From: Owenia fusiformis
Lineage: Eukaryota
NCBI GenBank assembly: GCA_903813345.2
Contig: CAIIXF020000001.1
Span: 17,050,001-17,114,000, forward strand
Direction of reading: 5' to 3'
DNA length: 64,000 bases
This document shows, one piece after another, positions 1 through 22,981 of this stretch. The translations under genes and the position numbers were made by a program. Every line of letters starts with the position of its first letter. Within the stretch, counting starts at the first letter, position 1. The notes under the pieces were generated by a model that made no database searches, was not told the origin of the DNA, and was given only the letters and a program-made list of their open reading frames with translations.

Positions 1-188
1 TGGCGACGTAATTGTTAAGGTCGCTACTACGTTCCTGACACGTGATATTTAAGTCAAATGTAACGTTCTTTAAACATCTGTGCGAGTCCACACCTTCCTG
101 TACCTACAACGTTCCATATTTAACGTTGCTACAACTTGAGACATATATTCTGACGACGTTATCACAACGTAAAATTGTTAGCTGGGTA
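1..188. mobile_element. Right end of a probable MITE, truncated by the window edge
   Basis: Repeated ACAACGT/ACGTT sub-motifs ending in ...TTGTTAGCTGGGTA, which looks like a terminal inverted repeat. The partner end is outside the window. Confidence 0.35.
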
Positions 189-3100
189 CTGGGTATAATT
201 GAGCTATTGGGTATCGGCACTAATACAAACGTGTGTTAGTTTAAGCTCGACATAGATCCGAGTATTTATGAAAGAAGTCTGGGTTGCGATCTCCAGTTGT
301 CGGCAATGTTGATCTAAGTGTTCGCCCTTTAGATTCCATATGGCACCATTCCGCTAAACGCAATCCAAATGCTCTGTTTGGTAAATTAAACAACCTATCG
401 TTTCAAGACGATTCTGGCTTGGTATTTATGTGAAAAATACTTATCAGGTATCATCCACACGCATGTTAGGTTAATTTTATCACACCTATAAAGACCATTT
501 AGAAATGATATCGGCTCCCTCCTGGAAGTAAATGGAAAAACATTATGTTAACCCCTAACAGTTCCGTTCCAAATACATAACACCGGTTACATAAAACCCG
601 GTATAAACCACACAAACTTGGGCAACAGTGGGGTCTTATGCTTTTAAGAGAGTTCACCTTACTCCGTAATTATCAAATCTAATTGGACGATCCTTCCTGA
701 TGTGCCAGTGTGCGTCCTATCATCATTAGAAAGTTTTGAATTAATGGATCATTCAGAAACCAACTCGGTCCAGTGGTCACATTTTAGTCCAGCAACAGTA
801 TCCCAACGTCTGTCAACATATCATGATCGTAGTTCCCATAGAAACAGCACACATGGTGAAACCACAATAAGGGCAATAAAAGGGCACGCCCCATCTTTTA
901 TATACACGTTAGTAGACATTACCAAAAGGGTACCACCAAAAGTAAGCCATCCAATACAGAAGTGAGGCCCACCACTAGGATGTTTCGGAATGCCCCTAAT
1001 TTGTACATACTCGTCAATTTCAACTCAAATGTAAGCAGGAAGTAAATAAAAACCAAGATAACACTCCACCCCTACATATTACCCATATCAAGGCTCACTG
1101 CGTACGTGCCTTGAATCTCTGGTCACACACAACCATCTCTGAGCTCATTAAGTTGCCATTTCAAACCCAGTGGATTTTTTGTCTGTTTGTAAGTATCAAT
1201 AACCGAGATGAACACTAATCTAGTTTGTTGTTTCTATTACACCCAGGTTCTACATACCTCACACTAAGCACAACCTCGTAAGTTGACTCGATAGTTTGGT
1301 CTAAGAAAAACATTGCATTTCCCGATGACTACCAATATACTTCAAAATCACTGGATTTTGTTTAACACAGCAGTAATGTATTTAATTTGAACGAAATCTG
1401 ATCGGCTATTTACTTGTATTCCCATCGAGTTCAAAGGCATATCTTTTAAAAGCCCCTCTGAGTCGGGGGATCAGTATAATGTTTATAGAAACAAGATACA
1501 GCCTACTCGATTTGCTCCTTGCGGCGCGTGGATCTCGAGCCTCGATCCTTACAGTATAGGCCTATATAGAAAGTTGATGAAAGAAATGTTCCATTAGCCT
1601 TCTTTATAACTCTAAAACAACATGTATGGTTAGAAGAATATGGATCAAATAGCAGGTATCATACACTGTGGTATTAAACATACTTGACATGCATCACACG
1701 AAAATAATTCACATTTCAAAATACTTTTTCAAAGTAAAAGTTCTTAATTCGAATTACGTCTCCTATCTTGATATCTGAACGTAGACTATACAATTAGTGG
1801 TATAGATGTCTTTGGAACATGTTAGAAAAAGAGATTCGACACTTAAGTGAGAAACAATTTTGGTTGTTGTGTTACTTGAAGTTTGACATTTTGGAAGTGG
1901 AGCACATAAATGAATTCAAAGTTGACAACAAATTAAAAATTGTTTTGGAAAAAATAATGTCACTTTGATACTATGATTGTATTTAGTACTTTCGACCTAA
2001 TTAAAAGTCGGGAATGATTTAATTTTTATTCCATTAAAGAAGTATCTAAATTGATGGCGGAACAGTTTTAGCACCCTAACGAGACTTACTTGACATGTCA
2101 TGTAAGCGTCCGGATCCCGGTTCGCGCAATTGTTTTAACTTGAACTTCAATAAAGCACTGTCTTGTATTCATGACGTCACTAATGATCATCAAAGTAACA
2201 ACATCGTAGCCTTAGCTTGACCATACCATTACCATGTACATTTTTAATAGAATATGTCAATGTTCAAATATCAAATCGTTGTTCAATGTGAATTATTAGA
2301 TTATGTCAATACCATATTTAGTAAAAAGTTTTGATTTCATACAAAAACAGATTTCCGAAAATACTTCAATATTAAAAGGTCAATTTTCTCAAATGCAACA
2401 GGATAATCTTTGAAATATATGAGTAAAATATAAATTCCATTTTGGACTTTCATTGAATTGATTGGACCCCCGTATAGTCTTCTGTGGTCTGAATCTGTGT
2501 GGGAGAGTTTTGACATGTATGTTATCCCAAGTTGATAACACTATACTCAAATACTTATTTTACAAATTGTCAATTTTTTGAATATCCCGTTCCGCCAAGT
2601 TTGAGGATCACACAAAATCAGAACAGATCAAGTGAAAGTCGGCAAACTGTGACACTGTTTAAAATAGGAAATGCTTCAGTTCATAAGTTTTGACTATTAA
2701 GTTAACACACAAGTAATAAACACAGAAACACTATTCAGTCGGGTATATTGGGTTAAAACGTAATCAAATAAGAATACTAACGTCTGTGAATTTATTTTCA
2801 TAAAGAAACGTGAATATGTTTAACTACCTTTTCCAACTGTTTATGTGATCAAATGGTATCTCGATTCCAAAAGCGCCATGGAGAAGATAAAAAGGTTGAA
2901 AGGCCATTTCGTGAAAATGTTTATCTATACCTCCTTGTTCAATGATTTCATGCTTGCAATAGAATTTATTTATTTTTTTAAAGTAATATTTCTCAAGTTT
3001 CTTAAAAATGCATAAAACCTGGGTGATTTGGAACTTTTTAACATCATCATAAAATGTTTGCCTTTGCACTATACAGAACTAATTTTGGTTTTATAGCAAT

Positions 3101-4109
3101 ATTGAGTTATTGTGAAATTTCTGTACTGTTTATTTTACCTCTTTTAAAAGAGAACTTCATATTCATAGGGCACTTGGGTCTGACACCCCATACAAATTTG
3201 CTTTCTGATCGCAGAACTTTGCGAATCAAAACCTATTTCAATTTATCAAGCACAAAGGTGCATACATCGGTTCAAGAAAAGTATTCCGTTGACAGGAAGG
3301 CTAGGAATTGAGTCATTAAACGTATCACTTAGCGAGGCCTGCAAATAGCAGTTCCACTGTCAGCGCTCATCAAGTCAAGTGTTGTTCAACCTAATTAATG
3401 AGCAACAAGTTCGGATCACATTTCACAACATTATCGTACCCCTTAGTAGTTTAAGATAAGAAAAAATTATTAGGTGTAAAAAAGTTTAGAGGTGCTACAT
3501 TTGGTAAAGTCATGATCATAAATTACTGTCAAGTTCTATTTGATACACAGAAACTTGGTAGAATCGGCGTTTTGTTTGTGGTCATTTTTGTTTTGAGGTT
3601 AGGTTGTTTTCAATGTTGAATGTGGACAACCTATGTACGCATCTTTAGGCTCTTATGTTTCCGAGCTTTTTGGAATTTGGATTAAGTTAAAAGGCAGTAA
3701 AAATTACAAAACACCAATAATAAGAAAATTACCAGTGACAATCATAAAGAGAGCAAATAAGTATTTTTCAGTGATCTTCTAAAAACATCTGCATATAGTA
3801 AAATATATCAAGCACAAGGAATGCCTAGAGTTAACTAGCAAAAAGTTAACTTGTTAATGTTAAGTTGAATTCGTGAAAGTATTTCACTTTTATATTTTAA
3901 CTGTCTCAGTTTTAACAGTAAAATCGTCACATATTAGTTAATGTATGTCAGATGTTACATTTTGATATTTCTATAACTAATCCCAACCATCCAAATAGAT
4001 CAACAAATGAATAAATAAACAATTACTGAATCTGAAGAGAAAATGAAACTCACCCCGAAGGGAATCTGATCTAAAATGAGCCCACCCTGTATATCCATTA
4101 CAGCCCCTT

Positions 4110-4351
4110 CCGACCAATCAGGAATGCGAATGTTAATTCAGGCAACATTTTGGTAAGAAAAGTTGGGCGGGCCAACGGCTAAGTTATAACATCGGGTGAA
4201 ACATCTGAAGTAAATTTGTCCCGGGATCATTATTGAGTTGGATTTCCACTGAGATCATTACGGACGTTGCTGTAGAGAAAGAGCTAGAAAGCAGATTTAA
4301 CAAGAGCTCCTCGACTGGACCAGAGCAACAGGTTTAAGAGACGTCAAGTAG
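4110..4351 (+). promoter_or_regulatory. Putative Dmrt2 promoter and non-coding first exon
   Basis: CCAATCA (~4114) and GGGCGG (~4165), followed by a strong donor AG|GTGAGT at 4351/4352, upstream of the acceptor TACAG at 5395 that precedes the ATG at 5399. Confidence 0.5.
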
Positions 4352-5398
4352 GTGAGTGACAATAGCAGGGATAAAGGCTTTTTATAAAGTCGTTAGTTCC
4401 ATTCTTGTAGAGTGTAGCCTGTGAAAAATGAAGGATTAATAGCGTTGCTCTTTTGTAGGAATACAAATAATACAGAAATAAAAAATCGTTCACTTTGAAA
4501 ATATAATTTGGACAGCACTGTCACAGATGACCCTTGTAAATATGATACTCATAGATAAATCACAAGACCGACTGTCAATTTCAATTTTAGAATCTTTCTG
4601 GTTTTATTATACTCCATTTAAAGCTCGGCAGGATGAAAAGTCAATCTTTATTCCGAATTAATTGTAATTCTGACACTCATCACGTCTCGTTCTTACCGTG
4701 GACCTGGACATGGGATTCAAAAAGTAGAGAATACAATATTGGTAATGAATGAGTCAATGATTTCGGTGTTATTTTTTATACTAAACATTAATCTGTTTCC
4801 AAAAATTCGATGGATGTTTTTTCGAACGGAGGTTTTTAAAATTTCATGATATCAGTTCAAGATGTGTACCTCATGGTTAGGAGGATATCGTTTTTATCCA
4901 GTTGTCAGAGTGAAATGAACGATACAGTATATATAAGAAAATAGAGGTTATTTAATAGGAAGATGTCTTTATAGAGAGACACAATATAAGATTTCCCAAA
5001 GAGATCAAGCATAATATCATATTATGGAGGTATAAATTCCATAATCTCAGATCATGATATTCACTACAAGGAATATTAGACATCCCGTTTATATTATCTC
5101 TGTTATTACATAAAACATCTTAATCAATAAAACAATTTTTTAAATGTCGAAACTAAAAATGATTATTTTTACCCGAAAAATAAATTTGAGAAAAAACTAT
5201 TTTGCATATACTTTATATATTATTTTGTATATACCTGGATGAAATGGTGAATGCGAATCTTTGAAAAATATTCATTTCGGGAAGAAATTGTATCATAATA
5301 GGATACAACTTAAAATTAAAGACAGTATTATGGCAATTTTACAGTTTGTGATCAACAGTATGTTGAACAGTTTAAATTTTGCGATCGCATTACAGGAT

Positions 5399-8300
5399 AT
5401 GACAGACAGACTTACTCAAAAATCTACAAACACCACTCAAGCTTCAACATCTAACATTAAGATGGGAAAGATGTCAAGCAAACGACTTCTTCGGACCCCG
5501 AAATGCGCACGCTGTCGGAATCACGGTGTGGTGTCGTGTCTAAAAGGCCACAAGCGTCATTGCCGATGGAAAGACTGTCAGTGCACCAATTGTCTGTTGG
5601 TGGTTGAGCGACAGAGAGTTATGGCTGCACAGGTGTCCCTTCGCAGGTATGGCTTTGCATATTATATCATTATTATTGTTGTTTCGTACAACATATATCT
5701 GACAATTCAGCAGTAATATTACATACATTTAATACACTATTCGTACAGTTTGATATCCTTTTGGATATATAAAGCATTTAATTACAATAGTAGTTTGTTA
5801 TGAAATAATGCATTCAGAAAATTAGACATCTAGTCCATTTCTAAGTTGTTATGATCGAAGTAAACGGATGTCCTGTTGAATGTGATATTCCAATATTGCC
5901 TACGATGTATCAAACGTGGGTGGTTCTTCATTTACATCATTAACATGTTCAGTAAATGGTGTCAGTTCAACTTCATGATTTGTTCACGGAATGTTTCTCG
6001 CGTTGTGCCACACTGTAATTTCTTGTTTACCACTGCCTCCAAACAGCAGCAACTAATTTTTCATCATCATGTGGAATGTTCGGACAGCCGTCATACTTCA
6101 TATGGGTGGGATAAAGCTCAACCACAATATGGGATAATTTTCATATCCAACATGGCATCTTGTCACTTTGTCACGTTGTAGCAAACTGTGAGCGTTATGA
6201 TTGGTATCTGTTTTGACATCACTTGAACCACAAAATAATCTGACACTTGGCTTTTCTAGATAACAGTAGCAATGGTTTGAAAAAGATACAGTTTTGACGC
6301 TTTTTTGACGCTTTAAAAAAAAAAGTTTGTCTGTTTTTCCGTGAGCATTACAACACCTCAAAGTCTAGACAGTAATTTGTAATTTGTTTTTACGCACGCA
6401 TTGTTAAATTACTGACGCATGCATTACATCACCGTAAAGCGGAATAATAAAGGAATACTATTCAATTAATAAGAAAACATAATTGCTGCCTGGACCCTAA
6501 CATGTCACCCAGGCTCATGGTTTTTTACTTTCACTTTGTCTTTCAGGTTTAAAATTATGATATTAAATATGAGGCTAGGAGGTTGTTTTTTTATTTTATT
6601 TTTTCATGAATTATAATCTTAAAATATGAGTCTAGGAGGCATTCTATTTTAAATATCTATTTATTAAAAATATGCCGAGGAGGTGCCGTATGTGGCATTG
6701 TGGATCGGTATCTGCATTCCTTCTCAGGGAACAATATGTTTGTTCAAATTATTGTTATTTAATCAAATGTATTTCCTATAGCATCTTGTTGTGATCCTAC
6801 TGGTTGCACACGTTGATATATACCAACTTCTGCTTTAACAACAATCAATCCGAAATCTCATATTGCCGTAAAGGAACAATAACATTGGTCACTTGTTTGA
6901 ACATTTTTTCCCACTAAAAAGTAAATTTTTGAAGACATTTTGTGAGCCCCAAAAGTTATAACCTGCATTTTTGTATCAAGAATCATAATTTGTTAATTAC
7001 AATGTATATATTCAAACACAATAGAAGGGATTCGTGTGAAATCCTAATTTCACATTAACAGAATGGAAATATCTATTTTTCTGTCATACCTTGAAAATCG
7101 AACCATTATAAGTCCGAACTGTTGTACTTTTTAGAAAATAGGCATGGAGTGAATTGATGAGAACAACAAGTAATTGAAAAAGTTGTGACATTTTTTTTAA
7201 ACTTTCAACTCTTCTATCCCTCATTCTCTCATATCTGTAGCTTGTACATGTAGTCATATTTTCAATTTCAGACAGCAATCAACTGAGACGACTCCCCAAG
7301 ACCAATCAACTGCCCGAGCGAAAGTAAAGAACGCGGCCGCCATTCTGCAACAGAGAAAGGCCCTGCAACGGAACTTGCGCAACCTTCAGCAACACACCCT
7401 CTCCCGACAAATACTCCAAAGTAAGAACATAAATAGACTACGAGCGTATATCATATAGTAACATGTATTGCATTAATAAGCACTTACATAACATTGTTGA
7501 AATATTATATTATGGAAAAACTGGCACAGACAATATTGCAAATTAAGTACTGCATATCTATACTCTTTAGATAGTCATGATTATGTGTATTCATATGAAG
7601 ATATTTTAGATGCTCTAGATATCATCTGAGCATATCAATAAAGAAATAACTTAGGGCCACCGATTCTATTTCCACACGTATCCATTTTAAGATTTCAATC
7701 TCTACAAATTTTGATTTTGCACAATTGGCAACATTTAAAACTAAACAAAACAAACTTGATACCAAATCAGTGATAATTCAAATGGCCGCGTTGAATGTGT
7801 ATATTTTTGTGCCAATTGATATTTAACTGCTCTTTCATTACATTTTCACTATTTGTATTTATGATGTCTATTTCCTAACAAATCAAAAATGAATCTTATT
7901 GAAAAAACTTCATAAAGTCCAACGAATTTCCCCGACTTGTACTTTTATCAAGCACTTTTGAACCACAGGAAGAAGAGTTGTTTCATATTGTTGGATGTCA
8001 AAGAATGAAGAGGATGTTTTAATTAGCAATAATTTGTCTTTATAGACTACCAGACAAGACTGCACACACTTCCGCCCCCAGAGGCACTGCGATCCGTGCT
8101 TCCTATAATCAGCGAGAGGATGCGCAAACGACGGGCATTCGCGGACAAGGACGTAGAGAAGGCAATGATGGAACGAGAAAGACAAACTATGATAACCGAT
8201 AAAAAGTCGTCTGCACCGTCCCAGGATTCCCAGTTGTATCCAATCGTGTCGACGCTTAAAGCAATGCGATCGCGTCAAAACGAGATGGTTGGAGCGCCCA

Positions 8301-8839
8301 AGGAGTTTTTACACAAACTGTTCCCCACACATAATCCTAATGTACTGGAGCTAGTTTGGCAGGGATGTGGGGGCGATATGGAGAAAGCGATCGAACAGAT
8401 TGTTTCCACCACGCGCCAAGCAGCTGGGCAATCAAGCGTGAATATGGGAAGGCAAGGGATGCCTTATACATGCCCAAATATGGCAATTAAGCTCCAATAT
8501 CAAACGTTACACAAGAAAGACACCAATAAAACTGCATTCGACTCCCCCACACATCCAGCCTTTGGCGGCCTACCTTTACATTTAGTCTACCGCCAATACG
8601 AACTCTACATGGCGCAAATGGCAGCGTCTGTCACAGCACGTGCACGCGGCATGGCCCAAACTCAACCAATACCTACAGAACTATCTAGTCCAAAACAATC
8701 ACTAGCAGCTAAAGATATTTTATCAGAGAAATCTGCTTTCAAATCAGTTACAAAAGGACACACTTCAGATGGGAAATCACCGAAGACAAAATCCAATCCA
8801 TCCATCTCCTTTTCAGTGGATTCTATCATGAACTCATGA
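5399..8839 (+). CDS. dmrt2: Doublesex/mab-3 related transcription factor, Dmrt2/Dmrt11E type, 396 aa
   Basis: Exons 5399-5646, 7272-7420, 8046-8839 (1191 nt, frame continuous). DM domain [52 protein letters not shown]. Dmrt2-specific motif [19 protein letters not shown]-like segment and C-terminal FSVDSIM. AATAAA at ~8881 and ~8908. Confidence 0.93.
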
Positions 8840-11319
8840 CAAAAGGATTAGTAAATTGCTCTTAAAATACAGTTTGTATAAATAAATAGTTTTAACAAAA
8901 TTAATTTAATAAATTATTTTAAAAATGAATCTTTGTGGTTGATATCTATTCTCTATAAATTAGTAGACACTAGGCTTGAGGCTTTTGGTGGGTAATTTTG
9001 GCGATAACAATTTTGAATGGGAATAATTTCAATTTTGATTTTTTAAATCAATTCATTATATCCTTTCATAGTTAGTTATCCATGACATAATAAAGTCATG
9101 TGTTGAAGCGAAAAATATTAGCCAGTTTACACAGTAAAGAACAGCATGCCCAAAACCTAATCAGATTTATGTGGTGCCCACCCAGATGTACGCACGCCCA
9201 ATTAGCACAAGACTACAAGGACAATATAGGACTTTATATAGCACACGAAATTCTTCAACAGTATCATGTAATGTGTTTGGTCAAATTGGGTCAAAGGACA
9301 AGTCTCGGTTTGGAGAACAGTCTCCTGGGCCAATAATTTTTTATGAAAAATATAGAAATATCACCCAAATTAAATTATGGATATCCAAAAGAGGACATTG
9401 AAATCTGCAATATGTAAAAATATCAAAATTGCCCAAAGCAGGCGTAACGTGCAGTAGACTGATGAACTTCGTTCTCCAAATCGATACTAGTCTTTGTTTC
9501 AATAATGCCTTACCCCCGAAATTTGGAAATACCTCTGAACATAACAAAACCAAGTCTTGACATTATTAAAATCTATTTACAAGAATTCACAAGTCACAGT
9601 TACATGTAGTCAGAGATAAAATACAGCTTTAACCACAAAAACTAAAAAATAGCTAAGAATACATGTACAAGATATGGACATCAGCAACGAGGTTGTAGCG
9701 CTTACCAAATATGAAACTGCATCAACCGCATGTTCTAGTTTTAAATACCCTAAGTGATCAATGTTGTCCATTGCATAGTACATATAATATGCTGGGTCCT
9801 AGGTAAACTTGATTTTGAATTGAACTTCAGAAAGCAGAATTTAACTTTTGTGTATTTTTCATAATAATGTTTCCTTTATACAAATACAAGATCAGAACTT
9901 TTGAGCTTGCATATATCTGTACCGATAAAAGCTCAATTAAAAAAGTCGCCATTATAATAATTATATACATGCACATGAATGGCTATATAGCTACTTATAA
10001 GTGGTTATATGTGCTACTAGATTACTACTCATATATGCTGTACGCACATTACATGCTACTCTGTTTATCATTTTTATTTACAGATAATCAATATCATAAC
10101 AAAACAAATTTTAATGTCTAGAAAATCTATAATTGCTTTGATTTGATAAAGTCTATAAACTGAATGAAAATTTACATATTTTTGGCCAATAGTAATATTT
10201 TTATGTCAGCTCTCTAATTTCTAAAATTCACAATGGCGAGGCAAATGTAAATAGGTGAGGCAAATTTAGGCCAAATGAGGTATTTTATTACCTTTGGACT
10301 TTTCAATATTTCATTAAAATTTTGGTGTGGCAATGGCCTCGCGTGCCTCGTGTCTGGCTATCATACAATCTTTAACACTTCTACTTGTATTTAGCATCAT
10401 ATGATTGAAATATCTACAAAAAACTGAATAAAATATAGACGATGGCAATCATTTTGATTGTAAAATTCTGATTAATTTTAATAAGCATCAACAGTGTTGT
10501 CATTATTTTAGAATTCAGTCATACACTGCTTTCCATCAAGCTATTTTATATCAACTTTATTACAAACGGCTCAAATCGAACCACCTACTCAATACTGATA
10601 GAGGAACACGAAGCATTCAGACATTCACAAGAAAAACACAATTAACTTTTAGCAGTTTTTTTCATGATTTAACAGTGCTTGCATGTGATGATTTCATCAC
10701 ATGGCAATGATATATCCTTGTGGTGATAATCTCCTTTTTCATAATACGATCACTTCAAATATTGAGGAAATTCAATCGTGAAATGTGTCACGATTTTCTC
10801 GTTGATAATAATTGAAGTCATAATAACCTATTGGTGTTTCTTCAATAAAGTACGACTAATACCATCATAAAAGTGCACATTTTCTCAACTGAAGTTCCTT
10901 AATATAGGACCATCCAAATAAACATTACTGGTACAGTACAGTGTCATTGTGTGTGTTTTGTCCGCATAGCGGCACAACATACATGTACAATCAACGCTCA
11001 CATTAAACTGATTTGTGTGAAGCAGAGCTCAGTAACCACGTCTTCTCTGATCAAACTGTTCTTGATTAAAATACAACTTGGCATACAACTTTCCATTTAG
11101 GCAAAAACAATGAACAAAGCAAGCGATTTCTATCCAGTTTTCATGTGAATTCCATGCTTGTTCATGGGCAAACTACTCTTCCACCTTATTTTTCATTTTT
11201 AGTGATTTTTATATATTTATACTCGTACACCCCTCAACACAATCCTCAAATACTTAAAATGAACTGTAAGATCGCAAGATGACGTGAATTCCAGCACTGA
11301 TAGCCTAAAGCAGTAGTCA

Positions 11320-21742
<10,423 letters not shown>

Positions 21743-21869
21743 TTTCGGGTACACAAAATTCACAAACACTTCATTAATTTAACTTCATTTAATTCGCACT
21801 TCCATATGTTATATATGATGGGCTATTGACTCTTAAATCCACATAAAATATGCCGTTTTTGTCCCCGAA

Positions 21870-22930
21870 GTTTTTTTAGACCAGGAAGTGTTTTTGGTCA
21901 ATCAAAAATGGCGGATGTGTAGTATCACGAATTCTTAGATCTATAACTCTTTTTTTGGTGGCCTAGTTACATTGTGTTGTTTGGCAAAACAAGTTGAAAT
22001 CATGTAAGAAAATATTTCAATTGCATATATTATCATTTATGTATTGGAATACTCCATTTTATCGAAGAAACAACCACTATTATTTACTATGTGCGAAGGA
22101 ATTTCGTTCAGTACATTTACACTGGATGAAAATAAATCTCCCAAGGGATGTACTTGATGACTCACCAACCACTACTAATGAGATGAGATGAGACAGCCCA
22201 CATACTATTATCTAGCTAATAATAATAGGGTTATATGAATCAGTGTTCAGATCCCTTGTCAAAGCCGGGTACGGACACACCATGTTATGATTTTTATTTT
22301 GGGTACTACAAGTGTAACATGATCTAAATAACAGGTCTAAAGGGGGGGGGGGGCTCTAAATACTGAAATAATGCCACTAACACAACCCGGGACACAACCC
22401 AAGGCCAAACTTGGTTAATGATTACTCTGTTAAGGTTCCTTTGAGGCTTCCTGACAAGCTGACGATAGTATATATATTTATATACTACCAAGGTCAACGC
22501 CGTACATTAGTCGAAGGTCAATGTCAAATGAGAGGTCAATTCTCAATTTCGAGGTCATGTGTAATCATATGGAACCGTACTTAGGAAACATAATGTCAAT
22601 TTGCTGTACATTTCAAGTGTTGTTCAAGTTAGTTAGATTTAAACTGAGATAAAGGGGCATACATAGATATCACAGATATAGTTTCTTAGACTACATTGGG
22701 AACTTAAAGGTACCATAAGTGTATTCACTATCACAGTCAGAACAGCGGACTTATCTCTGAACAAGTGTACTTCGTTGTCAACTATATGCACATAGCCGAG
22801 TTAGTTGAATTATAGCCATTATATAGTGGTATCCATAGTTCAAAACTGTACTGACCAAGAGAAAATAAAGACTTTGCAAACCTCAGCAAATTCACGAGTA
22901 ATATAAATTTTATCCAATCAGATTAGAGTA
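21870..22930. promoter_or_regulatory. Divergent promoter region between Src42A and the GCKR-like gene
   Basis: The ATGs are 1.24 kb apart, head to head. ETS-like CAGGAAGT (~21882), YY1-like AAAATGGCGG (~21904), CCAATCA (~22914). Confidence 0.5.
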
Positions 22931-22981
22931 GGCAGCTTTGGGACCGATCATTTACAACAGAAAGGAGATTAGGAGCGAAGA

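Noticed and set aside
300-965. Possible coding remnant upstream of Dmrt2 (87-aa ORF)
   Set aside because: No recognisable motif or consistent exon structure on either strand.
5261-5398. N-terminal extension of the Dmrt ORF in the ORF track
   Set aside because: It starts at TTG and lies upstream of the splice acceptor at 5395, so it is intronic read-through.
6995-7009. DM-domain binding-like site (TACAATGTA) in a Dmrt2 intron as an autoregulatory element
   Set aside because: A single short match in AT-rich DNA is expected by chance, and I have no conservation data.
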